Of a stretch of 64,000 bases of DNA, positions 43,098 to 52,056 are shown piece after piece (positions within the stretch are counted from its first letter, which is position 1; each line of letters starts with the position of its first letter). This stretch comes from Bacteroidota bacterium (GTDB lineage: Bacteria; Bacteroidota; Bacteroidia; Bacteroidales; Tenuifilaceae), in contig JBFMGQ010000013.1 in assembly GCA_040752515.1 (NCBI GenBank), forward strand, positions 4,909 through 68,908, given 5' to 3'. Position numbers and translations under genes: made by a program. A model generated the notes under the pieces. It was given only the letters and a program-made list of their open reading frames with translations. It was not told where the DNA came from and did no database searches.

Positions 43098-44408
43098 TTA
43101 AATGTAACCCATTTGTTTGGCTTTTTCGGTTAGCTCATCGCGAAACTTGGGATGGGCAATTGAGATAAGCGCTTTGGTTCGTTCTTTAACCGTTAATCCG
43201 GTTAACCTTGCATACCCCCATTCGGTAACAATGTAATCGGTATGGCTACGGTGAAGTGTTACTGCTGTACCCTCAGGCAACACTGGCACAATGGTTGATA
43301 CTTCACCATTTCGTGCGGTAGAACGGCAAGCAATAATTGATTTTCCCAGCCCATCTAACCCCTCAATTGCACCTTCGGCGGTATCGGTTTGACCACCTGT
43401 TCCCGAGTACTGGTTTATGCCTATCGACTCGCTGGCAACCTGCCCAGTAAAATCGACCATGATGCAGGTGTTAATGGATACCATTTTAGAGTTTTGCCTA
43501 ATAACACACGGATCGTTAACATATCGTCCCCTCAGGAACTCAACCGATGGGTTGTTGTCGAGCCAACGGTATAGCTTTTCGGAACCCATGGCAAATGTGC
43601 AAATGAATTTACCATTATGCAGGGCTTTCTTTTTATTGGTAATAACCCCTAACTCGTAAAGTTCCATCATGGAGTCAACCATCATCTCGGTATGCACACC
43701 AAGATCTTTTTTGTTGCGAAGCGATAAGGCAGCAGCGTTAGGTATCTCACCTATGCCTAGTTGAATGGTTGAGCCATCATCAACCAGTTGGGCTATGTGT
43801 TCACCAATACGCATGGCTTCCTCGTCGGGTTGGGGCGAAGGAAGAGTTGGCGGTACTTGCGAATACTCTACAAAGTAATCAACATCCTTGATGTGAACGT
43901 GGGTATCGCCAAAGGTTCTGGGCAGGTGATCGTTAACCTCAAGAACAACTACCTCGGCGGCTTCAAGTATGTCTTTTTCGTAAGTAACTCCAAGTGACAG
44001 CGAGACAAAGCCTTTCTCATCGGGTGGGGTACAGGTACCAACAAACATGTGAGGCCTGCGCACTTTGAGTCTGTCGGTTGCTGCCCGATGTAACATATTG
44101 GGTACATAGGTTACAGTACCCGTTTTTTCCTTGATTGCCTGACGTGATCCGGGTGCATGAAACCAGCTGCATAACTCAAAGTGTCCTTTCATCTCCGGTT
44201 TCATGTAAAAGTCGTAGGGTTTCATGGTAAGTACCGAGAAAACCTTTACATCTTTCACTCTATCTTTGGCTAAGTGGAACTTGCTCATGCAGCCCTGGGG
44301 TTCCGATGCGCATTGAGCGACAATAATATCGCTATCGCTTTTTATTAAATCAGCTACCTGTTCCAGGCTGATTAACTTACTTTTATACAAATCGGTAAAT
44401 TTACCCAT
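43098..44408 (-). CDS. Acetyl-CoA hydrolase/4-hydroxybutyrate CoA-transferase family
   Basis: GFVSLS, IQLGIG, LGVHTEM (catalytic Glu), SGTGGQTD, YIVTEWG. Confidence 0.9.
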   Translation of the reverse strand: MGKFTDLYKSKLISLEQVADLIKSDSDIIVAQCASEPQGCMSKFHLAKDRVKDVKVFSVLTMKPYDFYMKPEMKGHFELCSWFHAPGSRQAIKEKTGTVTYVPNMLHRAATDRLKVRRPHMFVGTCTPPDEKGFVSLSLGVTYEKDILEAAEVVVLEVNDHLPRTFGDTHVHIKDVDYFVEYSQVPPTLPSPQPDEEAMRIGEHIAQLVDDGSTIQLGIGEIPNAAALSLRNKKDLGVHTEMMVDSMMELYELGVITNKKKALHNGKFICTFAMGSEKLYRWLDNNPSVEFLRGRYVNDPCVIRQNSKMVSINTCIMVDFTGQVASESIGINQYSGTGGQTDTAEGAIEGLDGLGKSIIACRSTARNGEVSTIVPVLPEGTAVTLHRSHTDYIVTEWGYARLTGLTVKERTKALISIAHPKFRDELTEKAKQMGYI

Positions 44409-44422
44409 ACTACCTTCAAATT

Positions 44423-45976
44423 TTATTGTTTTTTCTTTATCAATCGCGAAACCAATAGAGCTCCATAACCAAATATTACGGAGGCAATTATTGCAGTTGA
44501 TGCTGCAATTGCAGGATTCCGAATAGTTCCCTCTAAGTATTTATCAAAAAATCCGAAACTTAGTGAGTATTTGGTGTGTAGGTGGGGTAAAAGGTAATAA
44601 ATGCTAAAATGCGTCACTGCAGCTACTATAGATGCTAGGAAGGGTATCCACGATTTTATATCTTTTAAAAAGATACCCATAAGAATAGGTACAAAAATTA
44701 TGGAAAAGTATGCGTAAACTCCATTTTGAGCGAGGATAGCAACGCTTAGCTTAGGATGCAGAAGCTGGTCGCGAGCAACCAAAAACGATACCAGCGCGAG
44801 AGCTACTATAATTATTCGGTTAATCCTAAGGTATTGCTTATCGCTTAGGGCTCTTTTCTCGCCCCATAAGGGCTTAACGATATCGTTATTTATACTACTG
44901 CTTAACGATTGTATTAGCCCTTCGAGGGTTGACATTCCCGCTGAAATTAGCCCTAGTATTACCAACAAGCCAACCAGTGTGGCAACTATTCCATTGGAAA
45001 AAACTTTCACAACATATGAGGGAATGATGCTATCGTTGGTAAGGTGTACACCATTAGCGGTAAGGTCGGGAAATTCCATACGAGCCCATAATCCGGCGAT
45101 AACTACGCTAAAAAACAGTATTTCAACAATTATAGATGTGGCCAAGAATTTATTTACATCACTCTCCTTTTTAAGAAGCAGCGATTTGGTTATTATATGC
45201 GGTTGGCAGACAACGGCAACGCCTATAACAATTTGAGCAAATATAATTTCATAAAAGTCTCGAAATAGTGGACTATTGGGATTTGTAGGTTTTGTGAGAG
45301 CAGGATCTATTGCTGCCAGCTTTTTGAGGAATGCACCAAAACCATCGCTTAAATGATGTAAACCGGAAAATATTAGTATGGCTGCAACCACAATCATTAT
45401 AACAGCCTGGATAGTATTTGTGTAAACCATTGAGTTTGCGCCACCAAACATCATGTATCCAAACACAAATAAAACAATAACGGCAAGCGTTATAACCTCA
45501 TTGGAGTTAAGCGCACTGGCAAAAACCTTAGCAAGCGCAACAAGTATCAGCACTATAAACGTGATAAGCAAAACCGATAGTATGGCAATAAAAAAAGCAT
45601 ACGGCTTGCTGTTATATCTTTTTCCCATCCAGCTGGCAAGCGAAACAGCACTGACCGATTGGCCAAAACGGCGGAAACTTTTAGTTAGAATAGCCAACGA
45701 CACTAAAGTGGCCAGAGGGAAGAAAACCCCAAATGATAGCACACCGCTAATCCCGTAGTTAGCTATTAAACCGGGATTAATTACAAATGTTGCAGCACTG
45801 GTCATTGCTGCAGCAAGGGAAAGCCCTACCGAGTAAGGTGAAAATGTAACGCTACCAAGAGCATAATCGCTCATAGTTTTAACTCGTAATGCTCCCTTAA
45901 TAACAAAGTATAGCACTATACCCGCATATAGCGCTATTAGAATCCAAGTTCCAAATATTTGCTCACTAGTTGCCAT
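44423..45976 (-). CDS. Sodium:solute symporter (SSS family)
   Basis: About 13 TM segments, MTSAATFVINPG, FGGANSMVYTNTIQ, SAGMSTLEG. Confidence 0.88.
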   Translation of the reverse strand: MATSEQIFGTWILIALYAGIVLYFVIKGALRVKTMSDYALGSVTFSPYSVGLSLAAAMTSAATFVINPGLIANYGISGVLSFGVFFPLATLVSLAILTKSFRRFGQSVSAVSLASWMGKRYNSKPYAFFIAILSVLLITFIVLILVALAKVFASALNSNEVITLAVIVLFVFGYMMFGGANSMVYTNTIQAVIMIVVAAILIFSGLHHLSDGFGAFLKKLAAIDPALTKPTNPNSPLFRDFYEIIFAQIVIGVAVVCQPHIITKSLLLKKESDVNKFLATSIIVEILFFSVVIAGLWARMEFPDLTANGVHLTNDSIIPSYVVKVFSNGIVATLVGLLVILGLISAGMSTLEGLIQSLSSSINNDIVKPLWGEKRALSDKQYLRINRIIIVALALVSFLVARDQLLHPKLSVAILAQNGVYAYFSIIFVPILMGIFLKDIKSWIPFLASIVAAVTHFSIYYLLPHLHTKYSLSFGFFDKYLEGTIRNPAIAASTAIIASVIFGYGALLVSRLIKKKQ

Positions 45977-46060
45977 AGGTTTGGTTTGTTAGGTTTGTAA
46001 AGCCATAGACGCAAGTTAGGCAAATAATGCCATTCCTGCGTCTATGAGCAAAAATTTGAG

Positions 46061-46804
46061 TTAGATAGTTATACCACCGTCAACACTTAAGACTGTGCCA
46101 TTAATGTAAGCGGCTTCGTCGCTTGCCAGGAATAGGTAAGCCGATGCAATCTCTTCGGGGAGCCCTAGGCGACCAACCGGAACTTTCTGCTCCATGGCTT
46201 TAAGTATATCCTCGGGCATTTTTTTTACCATTTCGGTTGCTATGAAACCGGGTGCAACGGCATTAACGGTTACCCCTTTACGACCAAGCTCTTTGCCCCA
46301 AGTCTTTGTCATGCCAATTAATCCAGCTTTTGTAGCCACATAGTTGGTTTGGCCAAAATTACCATAAAGGGCAACAACCGACGAGGTGTTGATAATTCGG
46401 CCATAACCCTTGTCAACCATGAAGCCGCTAACGCATTTGGTACAGTTGAAAACCCCTGTAAGATTAACATCAATTACTTCCTGCCATTGCTGAGGAGTCA
46501 TTTTCTTTAGCGTTGAATCGCGAGTAATGCCAGCATTGTTTATTAGTATATCAATCCGCCCGTACTTGCTGATGGCATCGTTAGTTGCAGCTTCAACCTC
46601 TTCGAATTTGGCAGTGTTTACTTTTACAAATTCGGCATTGCCTCCTTTCTTTTTGATTTCGTCAACGGTGGCTTTACCTTTTTCCTCGTTCATATCCCAA
46701 ATAATCACGGTAGCGCCTTCCTGGGCAAAGCGGATCGATGCCGCTTTACCAATTCCATCGGCACCCCCGGTAATGATTGCAATTTTATTCTCAATTCGTT
46801 TCAT
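46061..46804 (-). CDS. PhaB/FabG-like 3-oxoacyl-CoA reductase (SDR)
   Basis: TGGADGIG, NNAGITRD, GNFGQTNYVATKAG, VNAVAPGFI. Confidence 0.88.
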   Translation of the reverse strand: MKRIENKIAIITGGADGIGKAASIRFAQEGATVIIWDMNEEKGKATVDEIKKKGGNAEFVKVNTAKFEEVEAATNDAISKYGRIDILINNAGITRDSTLKKMTPQQWQEVIDVNLTGVFNCTKCVSGFMVDKGYGRIINTSSVVALYGNFGQTNYVATKAGLIGMTKTWGKELGRKGVTVNAVAPGFIATEMVKKMPEDILKAMEQKVPVGRLGLPEEIASAYLFLASDEAAYINGTVLSVDGGITI

Positions 46805-46822
46805 TGTAGTAATTGGTTTAGG

Positions 46823-48019
46823 TTAAATATTTTCAATAATTAATGCAGTTCCTTGGCCGCCCCCAATGCAAAGTGTAGCTAAACCGGTAGCGGCATTACG
46901 GCGTTTCATTTCGTAAATCAGCGTAGTAAGGATTCGGGCTCCCGAGGCTCCAATGGGGTGGCCTAAGGCTATGGCCCCTCCATTAACGTTAACTATTTCG
47001 GGGTTCAGATTTAGATCACGTAGTACAGCAATTGATTGTGCAGCAAAAGCTTCGTTAGCCTCAATAAGTTCAATATCGCTTATTTGCATTTTGGCTTTTT
47101 GTAAGGCAATACGAGTAGCTGGTACTGGGCCATAGCCCATAATCTTGGGATCGAGAGCTGCGTTTCCATACGAAACTATTTTAACCAATGGTTTTAAGCC
47201 TAATTCGTTAGCCTTATCTCGCGACATTACAATTAACATGGCAGCCCCGTCGTTGATACCCGATGCATTACCTGCTGTAACCGTACCATCTTTTTTAAAG
47301 GCAGGCTTAAGTTTTTGCAGTTGCTCAAGGGTAACGCCTTGCCTAATAAACTCATCGGTTTTAAACAGGATTGGATCACCTTTTTTTTGGGGTATTTCAA
47401 CCGGAACAATTTCGGGCTCAAACTTGCCTGCTTTTTGAGCTGCTTCGGCTTTTTGCTGGCTATTTAGTGCAAATTCATCCTGCTCTTCGCGGCTAATTTT
47501 CCATTGTTCAGCAATATTTTCAGCTGTAATGCCCATATGATATTGATTAAACACATCGGTTAGTCCATCGTATATCATGCTGTCAATAATTTGGCCGTGC
47601 CCCATACGGTAACCGTTCCGAGCTTTGTCGAGTAGATAGGGTGCATTGGTCATGCTTTCGGTTCCTCCAGCAAGAATTACATCGGCATCGCCAAGCATAA
47701 TGAATTGGGCAGCCATAGAAACAGCTCTCAGCCCCGATCCACATAATTTGTTGATAGTCATTGCCGGTGAGGTGTCGGGCACACCAGCTTTAATTGCAAC
47801 TTGGCGTCCAACATTTTGTCCAAGTCCTGCCGATAGTATGTTTCCTACTATCGCTTCGTTTATTTCGGTAGGATTGATTCCAGCACGGGTTATCGCCTCT
47901 CGTGCTGCTATTGCACCAAGTTCAACGGCGCTTAATCCCGATAGGCTGCCATTAAAATTCCCTATGGCTGTTCGGGCGGCTGATACTATTACTACTTCTT
48001 TCATTTTATTGGGTTTCAT
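46823..48019 (-). CDS. atoB: Acetyl-CoA C-acetyltransferase (thiolase II, AtoB/PhaA family)
   Basis: [31 protein letters not shown]; alternative start 48004. Confidence 0.93.
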   Translation of the reverse strand: MKPNKMKEVVIVSAARTAIGNFNGSLSGLSAVELGAIAAREAITRAGINPTEINEAIVGNILSAGLGQNVGRQVAIKAGVPDTSPAMTINKLCGSGLRAVSMAAQFIMLGDADVILAGGTESMTNAPYLLDKARNGYRMGHGQIIDSMIYDGLTDVFNQYHMGITAENIAEQWKISREEQDEFALNSQQKAEAAQKAGKFEPEIVPVEIPQKKGDPILFKTDEFIRQGVTLEQLQKLKPAFKKDGTVTAGNASGINDGAAMLIVMSRDKANELGLKPLVKIVSYGNAALDPKIMGYGPVPATRIALQKAKMQISDIELIEANEAFAAQSIAVLRDLNLNPEIVNVNGGAIALGHPIGASGARILTTLIYEMKRRNAATGLATLCIGGGQGTALIIENI

Positions 48020-48071
48020 TAGTTAGTTTCTTTTCACGAAGAAACAATAACTATTCCCCAAAGACCAGCCA

Positions 48072-48171
48072 GCATTATTTTAGTATATGTTGACATATGA
48101 ATAATAACGACCTTATATATAATTAAGTATCAGATAAACAATATGATAGTAATATTTTAAATTACGTTGAC
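48072..48171 (-). promoter_or_regulatory. Candidate regulatory region B upstream of the thiolase
   Basis: gcatta-N11-gttgacat, aagtatcagataaaca, second gttgac at 48166. Confidence 0.55.
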
Positions 48172-48194
48172 CTTAATACATTTTGCATAAATAA

Positions 48195-48220
48195 AAAAAC
48201 CGCTCGCTTAAGCGGTTTTT
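48195..48220 (-). terminator. Terminator of tRNA-Gln
   Basis: aaaaaccgct...agcggttttt. Confidence 0.8.
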
Positions 48221-48221
48221 G

Positions 48222-48294
48222 TTGTCCTGCCAGGGGTCGAACCTGGACTCTTCTGATCCAGAGTCAGACGTGTTGCCAATTACACCACAGGACA
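48222..48294 (-). tRNA. tRNA-Gln(CUG)
   Basis: TGTCCTGTGGTGTAATTGGCAACACGTCTGACTCTGGATCAGAAGAGTCCAGGTTCGACCCCTGGCAGGACAA; promoter TATCTTTG at 48312-48319. Confidence 0.95.
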
Positions 48295-48395
48295 ATGTAG
48301 TAATAACGCTGCAAAGATAATGTTTTTAAAAATTGATTTGCAAAATATTTTTGCAATTTTTTAGGGTAAGGCTTTTTATTAAGGGCAATAGCCGG

Positions 48396-50090
48396 CTATT
48401 TACCGGCTAATTTTGCCCAGGTATCTTTCAGCGTTACAGTTCTGTTGAACACCAGATGTTCAGGAGTTGAATCGTAATCAACACAGAAGTAACCAAGGCG
48501 CTCAAACTGGAACTTATCCAAATGCTTTGCGTGTTTAAGCGATGGCTCCAGATATCCCTCAATTACTTTGAGCGATTCCGGATTGAGCGACGATTTCCAA
48601 TCCTGTCCTTCAGGAACATCATCGGGGTCGGGTTTGGAGAATAGCCTATCGAACAAACGGATTTCGGCTTTAATAGCGTGAGGTATGGAAACCCAGTGAA
48701 TTGTTCCCTGAACCTTTCGCCCGTCGGGCGAATTACCACCGCGTGATGCCGGATCGTAGGTGCAACGTAACTCAATAGTGTTGCCCTGAGCATCCTTAAT
48801 CACCTCCTCGCACTTGATGAAGTAAGCGTAACGCAGGCGTACTTCCTGACCGGGTGCAAGGCGGAAAAACTTTTTGGGGGGATTTTCCATGAAGTCGTCG
48901 CGCTCAATGTAAAGTTCACGGCTGAAAGGAACCATTCGCTTACCAGCCGATTCGTCTTCGGGGTTGTTAATGGCTTCAAGTTCTTCAACCTGGCCTTCGG
49001 GGTAGTTGGTGATAACCACCTTTAGGGGGTTAAGAACTGCCATACGGCGCTCAGCGCGCTTGTTTAGATCTTCGCGGATACAGAATTCAAGTAACGATAA
49101 ATCGATAACGTTATCGCGTTTAGCCACGCCAACCTTATCGGCAAAGTAACGGATAGCTTCAGGGGTATACCCCCTACGGCGTAAGCCACAAATGGTTGGC
49201 ATTCGGGGGTCATCCCAGCCCATTACCACCTTTTCCTGAACCAGTTGCAAAAGCTTACGTTTACTCATTACTGTATAGGAGAGGTTCAGGCGAGCAAACT
49301 CGTACTGTTTTGAAGGGAAAATCTCCAATTTCTCAATGAACCAATCGTATAGCGGGCGATGGACATCGAACTCGAGGGTACAAATGGAATGGGTGATTTT
49401 TTCGATGGAGTCCGATTGCCCATGGGCGTAATCGTACATGGGGTAAATGCACCACTTGTTGCCGGTACGGTGATGTTCAGCATGAATAATGCGGTACATT
49501 ATGGGGTCGCGCATCAGCATGTTGGGGTGCGCCATGTCGATTTTAGCACGTAGTACTTTTTCGCCATCCTTAAACTCACCGGCACGCATTCGGCGGAACA
49601 GGTCAAGGTTCTCTTCCACCGAGCGGTTGCGCCAAGGGCTTTCCTTTCCGGGTTGTGTTACTGTTCCCCTATTTATTCTAATTTCTTCCTGCGACTGATC
49701 ATCAACATAGGCCAATCCTTTCTTGATTAGCAGTTCGGCCCACTGGTACAGCTGCTCAAAGTAGTCGGAAGCGTAAAACTCGTTAGCCCATTCAAAACCA
49801 AGCCATTTAATATCTTCCTTAATGGAGTTCACGTATTCCACGTCTTCCTTCACGGGATTGGTATCGTCGAAACGGAGGTTGGTTTTGCCACCGTACTTTT
49901 GTGCCAAGCCAAAGTTCAGGCATATTGATTTAGCATGACCAATATGCAGATATCCGTTGGGTTCGGGTGGGAAACGGGTAAGCACCCGGCCTCCGTGTTT
50001 TCCCGTTCGAATATCTTCCTCAATAATTTCCTCTAAAAAATTTTTAGGTCTTTCGCCGCTGTCGCCTAATGTTAACTCGTGTTCGGTCAT
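48396..50090 (-). CDS. glnS: Glutamine--tRNA ligase
   Basis: [42 protein letters not shown]. Confidence 0.97.
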   Translation of the reverse strand: MTEHELTLGDSGERPKNFLEEIIEEDIRTGKHGGRVLTRFPPEPNGYLHIGHAKSICLNFGLAQKYGGKTNLRFDDTNPVKEDVEYVNSIKEDIKWLGFEWANEFYASDYFEQLYQWAELLIKKGLAYVDDQSQEEIRINRGTVTQPGKESPWRNRSVEENLDLFRRMRAGEFKDGEKVLRAKIDMAHPNMLMRDPIMYRIIHAEHHRTGNKWCIYPMYDYAHGQSDSIEKITHSICTLEFDVHRPLYDWFIEKLEIFPSKQYEFARLNLSYTVMSKRKLLQLVQEKVVMGWDDPRMPTICGLRRRGYTPEAIRYFADKVGVAKRDNVIDLSLLEFCIREDLNKRAERRMAVLNPLKVVITNYPEGQVEELEAINNPEDESAGKRMVPFSRELYIERDDFMENPPKKFFRLAPGQEVRLRYAYFIKCEEVIKDAQGNTIELRCTYDPASRGGNSPDGRKVQGTIHWVSIPHAIKAEIRLFDRLFSKPDPDDVPEGQDWKSSLNPESLKVIEGYLEPSLKHAKHLDKFQFERLGYFCVDYDSTPEHLVFNRTVTLKDTWAKLAGK

Positions 50091-50169
50091 CGCTTTTGTG
50101 TTTTTTTCAGAACCAACAAAAATAGAATTTTGTTAACAAATAGATTTTTCAAAGCATACTTTTTTTTAC

Positions 50170-50334
50170 CCGAGATTAGTCGTTAGTAACACAAATAAAA
50201 TTAAACTACCTGTTTCTATTGACTTATCCAGGCAATCCCGACTTATTAAAATCTTTCATTCCAAAGTTTCGGAAATATATTTTTTAGTGAAATCGTCAAT
50301 TGACCTTTTCAATCGACGAATTTGGGTTTACCTT
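50170..50334 (+). repeat. ~165-bp intergenic element, copy 2
   Basis: Collinear match to the reverse complement of 8550-8716. Confidence 0.85.
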
Positions 50335-50376
50335 ATTTCTTGCACTCCATTTTGGAAAATCTGATTAAAACGCTCA

Positions 50377-50448
50377 TTATTCTTACCGTTTAAGAATAAA
50401 TACCTAAAAATAAGTACACAGGTTTTGAATTGGATTAAAATCCAATTC
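50377..50448. other. Two perfect AT-rich inverted repeats
   Basis: ttattctta-ccgtt-taagaataa (50377-50399); gaattggatt-aa-aatccaattc (50427-50448). Confidence 0.6.
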
Positions 50449-50476
50449 AGTTAGGAGGTATTTGGTGGGGGAAAAC

Positions 50477-50878
50477 TTAGTAGGTAACAAAATTAAAAGG
50501 GACTTGGGCCAATTCCGATAAATCTTCACCGGCTTCGCGGAGTTCGGAATCCTCCTTGTCGTAGTACCAGTTAATAGTTAAAGGTATTCCTGCGTTTTGG
50601 ATTTGGTTAAGGCTAATGATGATATCGTATAGGAATTTCGCTGACGACGAGTTAAAGTAAACCAGTTTGAATTGAAATTCTATAGGCTGAATATTTTCAC
50701 CTTTGCTGTTTTTTTCTAAAAGTTCCTTACTATAGCTATCAAGCCAATCTAGAATAGGGATATAAAAATCTCTTACATTTTCGGGGCGTGAGTAACCCGA
50801 AATGGTCAATATATTCACACTGGGGTTAAAGTCAATTTGTGGAGTTGCGTTGCTTGATTTTAAAACTAATGGGTTCAT
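50477..50878 (-). CDS. siaC: SiaC/DUF1987 regulatory phosphoprotein
   Basis: NATPQIDF, GYSRPENV, LVYFNSSSAK, INWYYD. Confidence 0.85.
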   Translation of the reverse strand: MNPLVLKSSNATPQIDFNPSVNILTISGYSRPENVRDFYIPILDWLDSYSKELLEKNSKGENIQPIEFQFKLVYFNSSSAKFLYDIIISLNQIQNAGIPLTINWYYDKEDSELREAGEDLSELAQVPFNFVTY

Positions 50879-50888
50879 TCTGATCAAT

Positions 50889-51299
50889 TTACGTATTAGG
50901 CGTTATTGGAATAAAGTTGAACGGGAAATTAATCATCTCCGATATCTCTTCACCTGATTCAAATATCTCATCATCGTCTTCGTCGTAGTACCAGTTAATT
51001 TCAACGGCGTTACCTTTGGAGTGGAACTTCATGAAAACCATAAGGATATCCATAAGGAACTTTGAAGAAGCTGAGTTGAAGTAGGTGAGCTTCAGGTTCA
51101 GTACAAGGTTACTCTTGTTAAAGTTTGTGTTCTTGGCAAGTACATTTTCCTCGTAATCTTCAAGCCATTTAATAAGTGGTTTATAGAAACCAACAGTGTT
51201 TTCGGGCCTTGAAAAACCTGAGATTTCGAAAACCGAATTATCGGGATCGAAAAAAACTCGGGGTGTAAATTCGCTGGGCTCTATGTATAATGGTTCCAT
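50889..51299 (-). CDS. siaC: SiaC/DUF1987 regulatory phosphoprotein
   Basis: EFTPRVFFD, GFSRPEN, LTYFNSASSK, INWYYDEDD. Confidence 0.85.
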   Translation of the reverse strand: MEPLYIEPSEFTPRVFFDPDNSVFEISGFSRPENTVGFYKPLIKWLEDYEENVLAKNTNFNKSNLVLNLKLTYFNSASSKFLMDILMVFMKFHSKGNAVEINWYYDEDDDEIFESGEEISEMINFPFNFIPITPNT

Positions 51300-51304
51300 G
51301 GTCA

Positions 51305-51823
51305 CTAACTGTTTTGGTTTTGAAGCGACACCTTAATTCTCAGAGTAAAGTATGTGTACTGTTCGTCAATATCTTCAAAAGAGAATTCTAACTTATTTTC
51401 GGTAACCTTAGCAATATTTATGATACCGAGACCAGCACCACCTTTCTGTGTCACATTTCCACTAAGTATAACCTCCTTGTAAAACTCTTTAAGACCAGCT
51501 TTATCGAGTTGATTGACTTTCTCCAAACGTGCTTTTAAAGTGCCCATTTTAACTTTCAGCAAAGAGTTAGAGCAACTCAAATCGACCTTGTCGTTTTCCA
51601 GTATTAGTGAAAATTTGGGCTGAAAATTATTGCTGCCCTTGATAACATCTTGATGCTTGTATATGTTCTCAAGGCTCTCGACCATGGCAGAATATACTTT
51701 CTTACGTATGATGATCCCAAAGTTGTACCGCTCAAGCAACGATGTCATCTTATTGAGCAAAAAACCTATCTCCTCGTAGGAGAGTGGACCGTAATGGTTG
51801 ATTAAAACTTCGCCTTTTTCCAC
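51305..51823 (-). CDS. siaB: SiaB family protein kinase
   Basis: VESLENIYKH, GGAGLGIINIA; directly upstream of two siaC genes. Confidence 0.85.
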   Translation of the reverse strand: MEKGEVLINHYGPLSYEEIGFLLNKMTSLLERYNFGIIIRKKVYSAMVESLENIYKHQDVIKGSNNFQPKFSLILENDKVDLSCSNSLLKVKMGTLKARLEKVNQLDKAGLKEFYKEVILSGNVTQKGGAGLGIINIAKVTENKLEFSFEDIDEQYTYFTLRIKVSLQNQNS

Positions 51824-51889
51824 GATAGATTGAGGTGTTTATATAAAATTATTACTATAATCTTTAACGCAAAGTTTGGCTATTTAAAC

Positions 51890-51937
51890 GACGAAAGATA
51901 ATACATTTTGACGAATTGTATAAAATGATATGACGAA
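51890..51937 (-). promoter_or_regulatory. Three TTCGTC direct repeats with 20-22-bp period (LytTR-type site candidate) upstream of siaB
   Basis: gacgaa at 51890, 51910 and 51932. Confidence 0.55.
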
Positions 51938-52009
51938 AAAAATGAGAGCTGGGGTAAAGATACGAAAAAACAAGATAGGTATGATTTAATTCCATTATGG
52001 TAATAAAAA

Positions 52010-52036
52010 GAAAGCCGAGTGTTTCACTCGGCTTTC
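52010..52036 (-). terminator. Terminator of the S46 peptidase gene
   Basis: gaaagccgagtg-ttt-cactcggctttc preceded by an A-run. Confidence 0.9.
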
Positions 52037-52056
52037 GGGTTAGGATGTGCAGGGAA

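Noticed and set aside
46061-48019. A classical phaCAB PHA-synthesis operon
   Set aside because: No PhaC or phasin in the window; the hydrolase is an exported lipoprotein with GHSMG, not a Cys lipase-box synthase.
37303-48294. The acyl-ester locus as a genomic island integrated at the tRNA-Gln 3' end
   Set aside because: I found no duplicate of the tRNA-Gln 3' end, no integrase and no obvious compositional shift.
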